Below are positions 18,227-28,711 of a DNA stretch of 59,309 nucleotides, piece after piece (position 1 is the first letter of the stretch; every line of letters starts with the position of its first letter). Origin of the DNA: Abditibacteriaceae bacterium (GTDB lineage: Bacteria > Armatimonadota > Abditibacteriia > Abditibacteriales > Abditibacteriaceae); NCBI GenBank assembly GCA_031372065.1, contig JANMKN010000207.1, forward strand, positions 1 to 59,309. Reading direction: 5' to 3'. The notes under the pieces are model-generated. The model worked only from the letters and a program-made list of their open reading frames with translations, made no database searches and was not told the origin of the DNA. Made by a program: the position numbers and the translations under genes.

Positions 18227-19411
18227 ATGAGCAAATATATTGGCATTTTGACCTCCGGCGGCGACAGTCCCGGCCTTAACGCGGCGATTCGCGGCGTGGC
18301 GCGGGCCGCGCACAACAAAGGGATGCAGGTTATCGGCTTTCGCGACGGTTTTCGCGGCCTGATGCAAAACCAATTCATGCCGCTGGATGATTCGACTTTA
18401 TCGGGCATTCTCACTGTCGGCGGCACGATTCTCGGCACCAGCCGCGACAAGCCGCACAAAATGGCTGTCGGCGGGCAAATGCGCGATATGACCGATGTCA
18501 TCGTCGCCAATTATCACCTCAATCATCTTGATGCGTTGGTTTGTTTGGGCGGCGGCGGCACGCAAAAAAACGCCTTGCACTTGAAAAAGCAAGGTTTAAA
18601 TGTCGTTACGCTGCCTAAAACCATTGACAACGATGTCTTCGGCACCGACGTGACATTTGGCTTCGACACGGCGCTGGGCATCGCTACCGAAGCGCTGGAC
18701 AGGTTACACAGCACGGCGCATTCGCATCATCGCATTATCATGCTCGAAGTGATGGGCCACAACGCCGGTTGGCTGGCGCTGGGCGCGGGCATCGCGGGCG
18801 GCGCCGATGTGATTCTGATTCCCGAAATGCCTTACGATGTGGAATGCATCGCGGCCTCGGTTAATGCGCGCTCGCGCAGCGGCAAAAACTTCAGCATTAT
18901 TTGCGTTTCCGAAGGCGCCATGAGCCGCGACGAAGCCGCGCATTTCGCCGAAATCACGGCGCGGGCCGAAGACGGCGAGAAAAAAGAAAAAAGCGCCAAG
19001 AAAAGCAAAAAAGACGACAAAAAAAGCGATAAAAAAGAAGATAAAACCAAAGGCGGGCGCCAAATCGCCAAAGCGGAATTGGCCGCTTTTGAAGCCGGAC
19101 GAGGCGAACACACGCTGGGTTTGGCCGTGCAATTGGAAAAATTGACCGGACTTGAATCGCGCGTCACGATTTTGGGTCATTTGCAGCGCGGCGGCACACC
19201 CTCGTCGGCAGATCGCCTGCTTGCTTCGCGTTTGGGCACCGCCGCTGCGGAACTTATCGAACAAGATATTTACGGCGTGATGGTCGCGGCACGCGGCGAA
19301 GGCACCGAAGCGATGAATTTGGACGACGTGGCAGGCCGCCGAAAGTTAGTGCCGCTCGATCACCCGTGGATCGAATGCGCGCGCTTAGTCGGCACCAGTT
19401 TGGGACAGTAA
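18227..19411 (+). CDS. pfkA: 6-phosphofructokinase
   Basis: [59 protein letters not shown]. Confidence 0.93.
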   Translation: MSKYIGILTSGGDSPGLNAAIRGVARAAHNKGMQVIGFRDGFRGLMQNQFMPLDDSTLSGILTVGGTILGTSRDKPHKMAVGGQMRDMTDVIVANYHLNHLDALVCLGGGGTQKNALHLKKQGLNVVTLPKTIDNDVFGTDVTFGFDTALGIATEALDRLHSTAHSHHRIIMLEVMGHNAGWLALGAGIAGGADVILIPEMPYDVECIAASVNARSRSGKNFSIICVSEGAMSRDEAAHFAEITARAEDGEKKEKSAKKSKKDDKKSDKKEDKTKGGRQIAKAELAAFEAGRGEHTLGLAVQLEKLTGLESRVTILGHLQRGGTPSSADRLLASRLGTAAAELIEQDIYGVMVAARGEGTEAMNLDDVAGRRKLVPLDHPWIECARLVGTSLGQ

Positions 19412-19432
19412 TAGGAAGCACAGATAAATCCA

Positions 19433-20188
19433 GTGAAACTCCTGATTCTTTCTGATATTCACGGCAATCGCTTCGGGCTGGAAGCCGCGATTAAAAGCGC
19501 GGGGTCGTTTGATGCGCTTTTATGTTTGGGCGATGTTGTCGGCTACGGCGCGCATCCGAACGAGTGCTGCGAAATACTACGTCAACACGACGCGATTTGT
19601 TTGTCGGGCAATCACGACGCGGCGGCGCTCGGCCTCATTAGCACCGATTGGTTCAACGACATCGCGGCGTGGGCGATTGATTGGACACGCGAGCAACTCA
19701 AGCCCGAAAACGCCCTCTGGCTGCGCTCTTTGCCGGGCACGCAAGAGTTTCCCGAATGGCATTTGCAAGCGGTGCATGGCAGCTTGCGCAATCCGTGGGA
19801 AGAATACATTCTCGACACGCACACGGCTGTCGAAACGATTCGCTTGATGTCGCAACGCTTGTGTTTTTTCGGACACACGCATCAATCTGTGGTCTACGCC
19901 GCGAAAATGGATGCGCAAGATGAAATTATCTGGCGCGAATTCGAAGATGAGCCGCTTCCGTATGGCGGCGAATTTGAAATCGAAGACGGCTGGCGCTTTT
20001 TAGTCAATCCCGGTTCGTGCGGACAGCCGCGCGATGGCAACCCGCAAGCGCGTTATGCCACTCTCGATTTTGAAACCGGCCTCGTCAAAATCGAAGCCGT
20101 TGATTACGACATCGAAGCGGCGCGCCAAGCGATTTTCGACGCCGGTTTGCCGCGTCCCTTAGGCGATAGATTGCTGCGAGGAAGATAG
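19433..20188 (+). CDS. Calcineurin-like metallophosphoesterase
   Basis: SDIHGN, LGDVVGYG, GNHD, VHGS, GHTH, NPGSCGQPRDG; GTG start. Confidence 0.92.
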   Translation: MKLLILSDIHGNRFGLEAAIKSAGSFDALLCLGDVVGYGAHPNECCEILRQHDAICLSGNHDAAALGLISTDWFNDIAAWAIDWTREQLKPENALWLRSLPGTQEFPEWHLQAVHGSLRNPWEEYILDTHTAVETIRLMSQRLCFFGHTHQSVVYAAKMDAQDEIIWREFEDEPLPYGGEFEIEDGWRFLVNPGSCGQPRDGNPQARYATLDFETGLVKIEAVDYDIEAARQAIFDAGLPRPLGDRLLRGR

Positions 20189-20206
20189 CGCGCAACCGAA
20201 TGTAAC

Positions 20207-20235
20207 TGTCGGGACAGGCATACTGTGTCCCGACA
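20207..20235. repeat. REP-like palindrome (GTCG variant of the 10018 element)
   Basis: TGTCGGGACA-ggcatactg-TGTCCCGACA. Confidence 0.5.
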
Positions 20236-20295
20236 CATTTCTTCAAAATGCCTGCTCCGCGCGCCGTTGAGCGGCCCCTGCATCGCATTTTCGCC

Positions 20296-20547
20296 CATCC
20301 GTAGAGTAGTCGAGGGCATCTGCATAGTTGTAAAAACCATCCGCAGAGATGTAAAAAGCATCTGCATAGTTGTAAATGGCATCTGCATAGTTGTAAATGG
20401 CATCCGCAGAGATGTAAAAAGCATCTGTAGAGTAGTAAATGGCATCCGCAGAGATGTAAATGCCATCGGTAGAGATGTAAAAAGCATCTGCGGAGATGTA
20501 AACGGCATCTGTAGAGTAGTCAGGAGCATCGGTAGGGAATTCCGGTA
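20296..20547. repeat. Tandem array of 12 degenerate 21-bp units (consensus roughly CATCYGYAGAGWTGTAAAWRG)
   Basis: CATC starts every 21 bp from 20296 to 20527; some units are identical (20359=20380; 20338=20401). Confidence 0.93.
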
Positions 20548-20576
20548 GCAACCTAAAGGCGGAAACTTAAAACAAA

Positions 20577-20614
20577 AACGCGGCGAGAGAAAGTAAAATT
20601 TCTCTCGCCGCGTT
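20577..20614 (-). terminator. Intrinsic terminator of ftsH
   Basis: aacgcggcgagagaaa...tttctctcgccgcgtt, with A-run on the left giving a minus-strand U-tail. Confidence 0.8.
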
Positions 20615-20659
20615 ACTTTTTCAATTCCTACCGTCTGCTGTGTGCCTCCTGCTTTCCGT

Positions 20660-22648
20660 TTACGCTCCGGCTAAACCGGGTTGGCCGAAGCCGGGGGCGG
20701 GACGCTCTTTCTTCTTTTCGGCGGGTTCATCTGTCACCACTACCGGAGTAGAAGCGGGCGGCTCGTTCGGTGTCAGTTCGGGCGGCTCAGATTCGCCTTT
20801 CATTAGGCGGTCTAATTCGTCGCCGCTGATGGTTTCCTTTTCGAGCAGCACTTGCACAATGCGATCCATGATGGCGCGATTGTCGCCAAGAAGCTGCACG
20901 GCTTTGTCGTAGCACGAATCCACGATGTTGCGGATTTCCACGTCAATTTTGGCGGCGACTTCTTCGGAATAATTGCGTTCTTCATGGAAATCGCGGCCCA
21001 AGAAAACCGGGCCGTTGCGACGGCCTAAAGTCAATGGGCCGAGGTTGTCGCTCATGCCGAATTCGCAAACCATGCGGCGGGCCATGTCGGTGACGCGTTC
21101 AAGGTCGTTTTGCGCGCCTGTCCACACTTCGTTGAAGACCATTTTTTCGGAAGCGCGGCCTCCGAGCATCGAAGTCATGTTGTCCAGCATCTCCGATTTG
21201 CTATTCAGAAAGGTGTCTTCATTGGGCAAGGTGAGGACATAGCCCAAAGCGCGTCCGCGTGGCAGAATGGTGATTTTCGTGGGCGGATCGGTGTGCGGCA
21301 GCAGATAACCGAGCAGGGCATGGCCGGCTTCATGATAAGCGATGATGCTTTTTTCGCGATCCTGAATGATGCGGCTTTTGCGCTCCGGCCCGGCGATAAC
21401 GCGTTCGACGGATTCGTCGAATTCTGGCGCGCCAATTTGCTGTTTGTTGCGTCGCGCGGCCAAAAGCGCCGCTTCGTTGACCAAATTCGCTAAATCGGCG
21501 CCGCTAAAACCGGCGGTGCGCTTGGCGATAAGTTCCAAATCCACGTCTTTTTCCAACGGCTTGCCTTTGGAATGGACGCCCAAAATCTCGCGGCGCCCTT
21601 TGGAATCGGGATTATCCACCACAACTTGACGGTCAAAGCGGCCCGGACGGGTCAAAGCCGGATCAAGCACATCGGGACGGTTGGTAGCGGCCATTAAAAT
21701 CACGCCGGAGTTGGGGTCAAAGCCATCCATTTCGACCAGCAATTGGTTGAGAGTTTGTTCGCGTTCGTCGTGCCCGCCGCCCAAACCGGCGCCGCGATGA
21801 CGGCCTACAGCGTCAATTTCGTCAATAAAGACAATGGCCGGGCGATGCGCTCTGGCTTGATCGAACAAATCGCGCACGCGAGAGGCGCCGACGCCAACGA
21901 ACATTTCCACGAAATCCGAGCCGGAAATATGAAAGAACGGCACACCAGCTTCGCCTGCGACGGCGCGGGCAAGCAGTGTTTTGCCGGTTCCGGGGTTGCC
22001 CAGCAGCAAAACGCCGCGCGGGATTTTGGCGCCGAGCGCTTGAAATTTGTCGGGATTTTTCAAGAAATCAATGATTTCCTGAAGTTCTTGTTTGGCTTCG
22101 TCCACGCCGGCGACATCGGCGAAAGTGACTTTGGGCTGCGAATCGGAAAGGCGCTTGGCTTTGCTTTTGCCAAAATTCATCGCTTGACCGGCGCCGGCCT
22201 GACTTTGGCGCAAAATGAACATCCAAAAGGCGACAAAGAAAATCAAAGGCAACAGCATCGAAGCCAAAGCCGCCATAGGGCCAGTCCAAAATTGTGGCTT
22301 GAATTCGACTTTGGTGCCCACGCTTTTGGCACCGTCTCCTTTAACACCGTCGCTTTTGTCCACAGGCATAGCCGCTTTGGCTAAAGACGTCATTAAACTT
22401 TGATCGTCACGCGGTGGAAGTTGCACTGTATAAAGGAAATCTTTCTTATCCTTTAATTTGACCTGTGCGGTGTTCTCATTGATTTTGACGCTTTCCAACT
22501 TACCTTCGTCAAGGTTCACGCGAAAATCGCCATAGGCCATGTCCTCTCTCGTGAGGCCACCACCCAGACTTTTGTTGAACCACATACTGGCAATGAGCAC
22601 GAGGCCCACTAAAATCAGCATGGTTTTGAATAAACGTTGTGTTCCCAA
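20660..22648 (-). CDS. ftsH: ATP-dependent zinc metalloprotease FtsH
   Basis: Two TM segments; [39 protein letters not shown]; exact start uncertain (TTG 22648 or ATG about 9 codons later). Confidence 0.97.
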   Translation of the reverse strand: MGTQRLFKTMLILVGLVLIASMWFNKSLGGGLTREDMAYGDFRVNLDEGKLESVKINENTAQVKLKDKKDFLYTVQLPPRDDQSLMTSLAKAAMPVDKSDGVKGDGAKSVGTKVEFKPQFWTGPMAALASMLLPLIFFVAFWMFILRQSQAGAGQAMNFGKSKAKRLSDSQPKVTFADVAGVDEAKQELQEIIDFLKNPDKFQALGAKIPRGVLLLGNPGTGKTLLARAVAGEAGVPFFHISGSDFVEMFVGVGASRVRDLFDQARAHRPAIVFIDEIDAVGRHRGAGLGGGHDEREQTLNQLLVEMDGFDPNSGVILMAATNRPDVLDPALTRPGRFDRQVVVDNPDSKGRREILGVHSKGKPLEKDVDLELIAKRTAGFSGADLANLVNEAALLAARRNKQQIGAPEFDESVERVIAGPERKSRIIQDREKSIIAYHEAGHALLGYLLPHTDPPTKITILPRGRALGYVLTLPNEDTFLNSKSEMLDNMTSMLGGRASEKMVFNEVWTGAQNDLERVTDMARRMVCEFGMSDNLGPLTLGRRNGPVFLGRDFHEERNYSEEVAAKIDVEIRNIVDSCYDKAVQLLGDNRAIMDRIVQVLLEKETISGDELDRLMKGESEPPELTPNEPPASTPVVVTDEPAEKKKERPAPGFGQPGLAGA

Positions 22649-22753
22649 AATACGCCCCCAACCTGACAGGAATTTTTGTGTTTTGGTGTCAGGATAGATT
22701 TCTCAATTTATTAAGCCGGTTTGCAAGCAACCCTCACGCGCAGACTGCCTAAC

Positions 22754-22762
22754 ATTATATCA
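22754..22762 (-). promoter_or_regulatory. Extended -10 promoter candidate for ftsH
   Basis: Minus strand reads TGATATAAT about 105 bp upstream of the start. Confidence 0.4.
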
Positions 22763-22877
22763 TTGCCTCACCGAATAACCGGGTTTTGAAGCACTACTTC
22801 GCGAGTTTTAACCGAACTTTTGCTACGAATTCAGTTATGGCATTGATAGCTCGCGATTCCTTACCTGAACCTTTGGT

Positions 22878-23840
22878 TTAGCCCCTAACGACTCGCAGGC
22901 GAATGCGGTTCCCGGCAAGCGGCCCTGTCCATTCCAGCGAAATTTGGTCTGGCCACTGCCAGACCATGTGGCGCCCCGCCTCTGCGATATGACAGCGTGC
23001 ATTCTCGATTAGCTCACTGCCAGTTTCGCGCGCCGCCGGGTTCAAACTTTGCACCGCCACGCGTAACACACGCCGCCCGATTGAGGCGGGCAATGCGGCA
23101 AAGCGAACGCCGTTTAGCACCAGCAAATCTTCGCCGTGCTGCAAGGTGAGAAGCTCCCTTTGTTCGCGCGCCATTACATTTAAAAATTCATTGTCCTCTC
23201 GCCATAAAAGCGCTGCTCTTGCCGTTTGACGCGCCAATTGTTCGGTTGAAACGCTGCCCGCATGGGCCACTTGCGGCAACAAGTGGCGCACGCGATTGCG
23301 CGTGTAAATTTCGCTTTGGTTCGAGGAATCTTCGCGCCACGGATAATCGTTCGTCTCGCAAAAAGCCCGCGTTTCCTGCCGCGTAACGTGCAAAAGCGGG
23401 CGCACTAAAAGTAAGTTTTCTGCCAATTCGCGGCGCGGCGGAATGCCCGCTAAACCCGCAATGCTGGCGCCGCGCAGCCAATTTAACAGAATCGTTTCCA
23501 GAACATCATCGGCGGTGTGCCCAGTGGCGATGATGGCGCAATCATGCGAACGCGCCATCTCTTCCAAGGCTTGATAACGGGCTTGACGGGCTTCATTTTC
23601 GCTGCTGTTATGAAGGAAAACGCGGCGACTAATACCCCGAATGCCATGCCACGCACATAAATCGAGCACAAAATTCTCGTCTTCGTCGCTTTCGGCGCCG
23701 CGCAAGCCGTGATTGACGTGCCCGGCGACTACTTTGAAATTTGCTTGATGCAGCGCCATCAAAAGCGCCAATGAATCCGCGCCACCTGAAACAGCGGCTA
23801 AAATCTTTGCCGATAAAGGTAGCAGGGAATTGTTGAGCAT
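22878..23840 (-). CDS. tilS: tRNA(Ile)-lysidine synthetase (short form)
   Basis: AVSGGADS PP-loop, HVNHGLR, ARQARY, TGHTADD..ET, RPLL, EDSSN, RNRVRH; adjacent to ftsH. Confidence 0.95.
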   Translation of the reverse strand: MLNNSLLPLSAKILAAVSGGADSLALLMALHQANFKVVAGHVNHGLRGAESDEDENFVLDLCAWHGIRGISRRVFLHNSSENEARQARYQALEEMARSHDCAIIATGHTADDVLETILLNWLRGASIAGLAGIPPRRELAENLLLVRPLLHVTRQETRAFCETNDYPWREDSSNQSEIYTRNRVRHLLPQVAHAGSVSTEQLARQTARAALLWREDNEFLNVMAREQRELLTLQHGEDLLVLNGVRFAALPASIGRRVLRVAVQSLNPAARETGSELIENARCHIAEAGRHMVWQWPDQISLEWTGPLAGNRIRLRVVRG

Positions 23841-23856
23841 GGCTGAATTCTTACAG

Positions 23857-23888
23857 AAAAGGCCCGCCTCTTTTGAGGCGAGCCTTTT
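23857..23888 (-). terminator. Terminator after the peptidase gene
   Basis: aaaaggcccgcctc-tttt-gaggcgagcctttt. Confidence 0.65.
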
Positions 23889-23916
23889 TACGATTGAGAC
23901 AACGAAAACTGCCTGT

Positions 23917-26900
23917 TTACGGCGCGGCTAAGAAGACATCGGTTTTACCCGTTGTCGGTTTGCCAAACGAATCTATCAAGTTCCAAGCGACCTGCACCTT
24001 GTCATTGGCCCGCAGCGCGCTGGTGGGCAACTTCAATAGCACAGATTGGTTGCTTGCGCTATACGACACTTGGTCAACGTTTACCGTTTGACCATTGACG
24101 GTCACCGTATAATTTGTTGCTGTCATGGCGCTTTGCGCATTGAGCAAGCCGGTGAACACCAATTTCACGCTTCGGGTGCTGGCGGTTGCCGTTGCTTGCG
24201 AAACCGTGATGGTTCCACCTCCGCCGCCTCCGCCACCACTTGTCACGGAGAATTGGTTCGCTGCGGTGGCTGTCTGGTTGTTGTTGTCAACAGCGATCGC
24301 TTCCAAGCGATACGTTCCTGCCGCGAGTTGCGACCCTGTTGGCAAGCCTGACGTGCGTGCCCATTTCACACCGCCGGTGACGGCGGTTAATGTAGTGGTC
24401 AAGGCCGTTTTAGCGCCCCACGTCGTGCCTGTCCAATAAAGGCTGTCGCTGCTGCGTTGCAGATAAATTGTCACGCGGGCAATGCCTGCTACGCCTTTGG
24501 CCTCGCCTTGAGTTGTCAGTGTTGTTACGCTGAGGGTTGAGCCATTGGTAGGTGAAGTGATAGTAACAGCGGGCGGCGCCCCAACGATAACGCCAATGGT
24601 GTGCGTTGCGCTGTTGCCCGCATGGTCAAAACCAGTCGCCGAAATAGTGTAGCGTCCCGTCAGCAAGTTGCTGCCAGTCGGCAAGCCTGCACCGCGTGCA
24701 AACACATAGTTGATTGGTGCATAGTTGGTCGTCAGTGTTGGAATCACCATCACAATCGGGCCGGGCGGCGGCGGCGTGACCTGTCCAGTGGCGACCGGGT
24801 TGAATGCCAAACCTGCGGGGCCGTTGAGATCGCCGGTGGCAAAAACGGCCTGACTTTGTCCGGCACCTGGATTGGCCGCACCCGTTTTGGGATCGAAGCG
24901 CAATACTGCCGAGCCGCTGCCAGCGTTGGCGTTGGATGTGCCGAACGAGCTGACATAAAGCTGACCGTCCGGGCCAAAGCGCAGCCGTTCGGGGCCGTTC
25001 AGACCAAACGCAGCGCCATTGTTATCCGCGATGAAATCTTTCACAAAGGCGCCGGTGACACCATCGTAAAGTTTGATGTCATCTGTTCCGCTGGAAGCCA
25101 CATAGCAATCGCTGCTGCCGTCGCCAGTGTTGTCTGGCCCAAATTGCACATCGGTGGGGAAGTCCAATCCTCCATCGGCGGGGATAACAAAATCGCGGAT
25201 GAAAGTGCCATCCACGCCGCTGTAAACCGGAACCTTCTTGTCAAACAGCGCCGTGACATACAGATCGCTTACACCATCGCCATCAGCGTCGTTGCCCCAA
25301 CCGATACCTTCAAAGCCGTTGGAGACGCCGCCCGCATTCGGTAACACGAAGTCGCCCAAATAAGCGCGTGTGCGAATGTCGAATCGCTTGACGCTGGTGG
25401 GGAACGAGGCGTAGGTGTAAGAACTGCCATCGGGTCTCTTGCCATCTCCATGTCCGTTGGCAACTAAAAGATCGCCATTGGGCATAAAAGCCAGACCTGT
25501 CGGGTAAATCAGACCGCTGCCTTGGGCAAAGACACCCAAACTTTGTTTTGTCTTGCCATCATAGAACAGCACGCGGTTCGCCAGACGTTCGGCCACAAAC
25601 AGTTCAGGATAGCCGTCGCCATTGAGGTCGGAGCCAAACGCGATGGATTCAGGATGATTGATACCTGTGGCGAAAATACTCTGTGAGGCACCAGAGGCAG
25701 CGTCAAATTCTTTAATCAGCCCACCATTATAGCTGCCAACCAAAAGCGAAGCGCTGGGGAATGGTTCCTTTGGTGCCGGTTTGGGGTCTGACCATGCTGT
25801 GCCATCCCAATATTTCTTGTCGCTGTCGCGTTGGATTTTCAACGTTACCTTGTCAATGCCGCTACCGGCATCGCGTGCGGTGCCGCGCGTTTCCAAGGTG
25901 CTAACTACAGCGTTGTTTTTGGGTAGGAAAATTTCCACCAGCGGCCCAGAGGTGTCCAGCGTAACGCGGATGGAAGTTCCGACAATATTGCCCGCGAAAT
26001 CGTAGGCAACTGCCTGTAAGGTGTAGCCTCCCGGCAGGGTTTGCGACGCATTGGGTAATTGTGAACTGACGCCTACCCATTCTACGCCGCCACCATTGGT
26101 GAATTGTTTATTTGTCAGTGATGTTGGCAAATCGGTGCGCAAATCGCCCCACGCCTTGCCTGTCCACCATTTTTTGTCGCTTTCGCGCATGATGCGCACT
26201 ACAACTTTGGCGATGCCTGTGGCGCCCGGCTCGCCGGGGTTGTCAATGGCATAACCAATGAGGCTCGATAGCGAACTGATAGCACCACCCGCTGTCGGCT
26301 TGGTATAGGCGATAAAAGGCGAACCCCGGTCAATCAGGAACGAGGAACTTGCCGAATCACGGCGTCCAATAGGCGTTGTCGCGGAGGCTGTTAAGCGATA
26401 AGCGCCGCTGGTTAATTGGCTGGTCGTTGGCAGATTGCTGGTTGAGGCCCATACGCCGGTAGTCGCATTGAATGTCGCGGTGAAGGACGGCGCTACGGCG
26501 GGATTCGAAACTACCCATAACGAACCATTGAAATAACGGCTGTCAGAAAGGCGCTGCAAGCTGAATTTAATGGTCAACGGTTCGCCATTGGGACTTGTTG
26601 CTGTTCCGGCCACGGAAGTCAGCGCATTGATAATTGCGCCATTGGACGGTGTGGTAATGCTAATCGTAGGCGCTTCGGGCACTGTGACTTCGTATTCCAG
26701 AAAAGTGGAATTGTAATTCTTGTCGAAGGATTGCACCTCGATGCCATATAAGCCCGCAATTAAGTCCTTATCCACTGGTAGACCGGTTAGTTTGCTCCAC
26801 GAAGTGCCGTTGAGCGTGACAGAAAGATGCGAATGCCCATCAATCCAGCCGAAGCCATTCCAGTGTTTGTTGTCGGCATGGCGATGGAAGCCAATTTCAA

Positions 26901-28626
26901 CTCGTTCGATGCCACAGCCACCAACGTTATCCATGGTTGTGCCGGACGCGGCTAAAGTAGAAACAATGGCACCATCAAGAGGTTTGGTAATGGTCAATGT
27001 CGGTGCAAGGCTGTCTGGTGCTTTAGCGCCGAAGTTGATGTCAGATTTGTCGCCATCCACATTAAGAGGATTGGTAAAGTTCGCGGGCGCAATCACAGTG
27101 CCGCTGGGGTCAGTGGCGGTCACATCATATTTACCGACTTTGATGCCTGTCAGTGTATAAGTGCCGTCCGAGTTGCTCTTGGTGGTTTTATTTAGAATTG
27201 CGATGGCAACATCGGCATCCGCAACGGGGCTGCCGCAGGTTGACAGCACTGTGCCGCTCACGCGCAAGGAATTGGGGTTGCCGACTTTGATGGCGATGCT
27301 GGCCGAACCTGTGCCACCTTTCATGTCGGAAACGGTAACGCGAACAATGTAATCGCCGTTGGCCGCCCAAGAATGAGAAATCGTAGCGGCGTTGGCGCTG
27401 CTGTAACCGCCGTCGCTGAAGTCCCAATAAAAGGCTAATGTGTCGCCATCAGGGTCAGTGGCACTGGCAGTGAAATCCACCTTGTTGCCGGGTAGGGTTG
27501 TGGTGGTGCTGGCCGTTATGCTGACCTGTGGCCCGCTATTACCCGGAAAATCGCCAATATTGGCATTAATTTCCAATTGTTCAACGGTGCCGGGAATTCG
27601 TTTAATCGGTGTGAGATGAACTTTCGAAGCCGTATCTGAAAATGTTCGCCCAATGACGAGAGCCGAATCTAACTTATCCGTGTAGGCATTGGCACTGGAA
27701 TCGGGCGTCATGTCCAACACTTCGCTGCCATTATCGCCCGGATGACGCCAACGGATAGAGGCGCCGTTTTGCAGAAAGACGTTGTTGAATTGCTTGCGAT
27801 ATTCCACCCAATAAGTGCGCGAACTGCCCGCAATTTTTAAGGCTCGCAAGCCAGCAGCGGCACTATTATCATGCTCTTCAATGCGATAAGTGCCGCTGGC
27901 CGTGACATTTTGCACACCTGCACCGGGCAGCCAGTCAATTTGGTTTTTATAATTGGTGTTGAAGTGATAAGCACTGGAACCGCCAACTGATCCCATCGCA
28001 TCGAAAGGGTCGCCATATTCTTCTGGTGCCCCCACTCCAATCGGCGTGCCGTCGGTGGTTTCCCAGTAGTTGGCGTGCAAAAGACCAAAATTATGGCCGA
28101 CTTCGTGGCTGATGACACGCAAATCGAAGTAACCATTGATCCATGAGCCGGGTGCTCCCACGAAACCCAAACCAGCCCAACCATAACCGATAGTGTCAAA
28201 GCCCAGAAGGTGAAAATCGTATTTGCGATAATCGAAACCTGCTTTGGTGGCCGCATCGCGCGCTTCTGTGAGCAGCAAAAAGGCGTCGTTGATATAGACA
28301 TCTGTGTTGCTGGTCATACGCAGCGTTGGCGTCACATCTACTTTTGCCAATGTAGTTGTGCCGTAGGAACAGTCTTTATAAAAGTCGAAGACTGTCTGCA
28401 TCAATGCTTTGGCATTGGCATCTGGGATAGGATCGCCCTGTTTATCGGGAAAATCCACCTTGATGAACAAAAAGGTTTTCGCTCCCTGTGTGTAAGCCGA
28501 AGCCTCCGCCGGACGCGAAAAACCTGCCAAGGTGCCAAGCACCAAAAGAACTGGGAGCATCCAACTCACCCAGTTTTGCAACCGTCCCTCATTAACGCCA
28601 TTTCCCATTGCACTTTGCCACTTCAT
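23917..28626 (-). CDS. Large secreted metzincin metallopeptidase (M11/M6-like) with PKD, Ig-like repeats, beta-propeller and C-terminal Ig-like domain
   Basis: Signal peptide ending AEA; HEVGHNFGLLH, EYGDPFDAMG (Met-turn); PKD DPDGDTLAFYWDFSDG; five Ig repeats; NHL-like PxxLxFxPDG repeats; poly-Gly linker then terminal domain. Confidence 0.85.
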   Translation of the reverse strand: MKWQSAMGNGVNEGRLQNWVSWMLPVLLVLGTLAGFSRPAEASAYTQGAKTFLFIKVDFPDKQGDPIPDANAKALMQTVFDFYKDCSYGTTTLAKVDVTPTLRMTSNTDVYINDAFLLLTEARDAATKAGFDYRKYDFHLLGFDTIGYGWAGLGFVGAPGSWINGYFDLRVISHEVGHNFGLLHANYWETTDGTPIGVGAPEEYGDPFDAMGSVGGSSAYHFNTNYKNQIDWLPGAGVQNVTASGTYRIEEHDNSAAAGLRALKIAGSSRTYWVEYRKQFNNVFLQNGASIRWRHPGDNGSEVLDMTPDSSANAYTDKLDSALVIGRTFSDTASKVHLTPIKRIPGTVEQLEINANIGDFPGNSGPQVSITASTTTTLPGNKVDFTASATDPDGDTLAFYWDFSDGGYSSANAATISHSWAANGDYIVRVTVSDMKGGTGSASIAIKVGNPNSLRVSGTVLSTCGSPVADADVAIAILNKTTKSNSDGTYTLTGIKVGKYDVTATDPSGTVIAPANFTNPLNVDGDKSDINFGAKAPDSLAPTLTITKPLDGAIVSTLAASGTTMDNVGGCGIERVEIGFHRHADNKHWNGFGWIDGHSHLSVTLNGTSWSKLTGLPVDKDLIAGLYGIEVQSFDKNYNSTFLEYEVTVPEAPTISITTPSNGAIINALTSVAGTATSPNGEPLTIKFSLQRLSDSRYFNGSLWVVSNPAVAPSFTATFNATTGVWASTSNLPTTSQLTSGAYRLTASATTPIGRRDSASSSFLIDRGSPFIAYTKPTAGGAISSLSSLIGYAIDNPGEPGATGIAKVVVRIMRESDKKWWTGKAWGDLRTDLPTSLTNKQFTNGGGVEWVGVSSQLPNASQTLPGGYTLQAVAYDFAGNIVGTSIRVTLDTSGPLVEIFLPKNNAVVSTLETRGTARDAGSGIDKVTLKIQRDSDKKYWDGTAWSDPKPAPKEPFPSASLLVGSYNGGLIKEFDAASGASQSIFATGINHPESIAFGSDLNGDGYPELFVAERLANRVLFYDGKTKQSLGVFAQGSGLIYPTGLAFMPNGDLLVANGHGDGKRPDGSSYTYASFPTSVKRFDIRTRAYLGDFVLPNAGGVSNGFEGIGWGNDADGDGVSDLYVTALFDKKVPVYSGVDGTFIRDFVIPADGGLDFPTDVQFGPDNTGDGSSDCYVASSGTDDIKLYDGVTGAFVKDFIADNNGAAFGLNGPERLRFGPDGQLYVSSFGTSNANAGSGSAVLRFDPKTGAANPGAGQSQAVFATGDLNGPAGLAFNPVATGQVTPPPPGPIVMVIPTLTTNYAPINYVFARGAGLPTGSNLLTGRYTISATGFDHAGNSATHTIGVIVGAPPAVTITSPTNGSTLSVTTLTTQGEAKGVAGIARVTIYLQRSSDSLYWTGTTWGAKTALTTTLTAVTGGVKWARTSGLPTGSQLAAGTYRLEAIAVDNNNQTATAANQFSVTSGGGGGGGGTITVSQATATASTRSVKLVFTGLLNAQSAMTATNYTVTVNGQTVNVDQVSYSASNQSVLLKLPTSALRANDKVQVAWNLIDSFGKPTTGKTDVFLAAP

Positions 28627-28711
28627 GAAATAAGTCCTCCTGCGGCCTCAAGGCTTTGGCCTTGTCTGCCGGACGGTTGATTGCAACCGCCTTAATTAAA
28701 TCAAATGATCT

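Noticed and set aside
20104..20551. Three overlapping ORFs (141, 107 and 102 aa) across the 21-bp array
   Set aside because: Open frames follow from a stop-free repeat whose length is a multiple of 3; no clear RBS; one overlaps the phosphoesterase. Not called as CDS.
20660..23840. Absence of hpt between tilS and ftsH, and short TilS
   Set aside because: Both are known variations outside Firmicutes; not notable.
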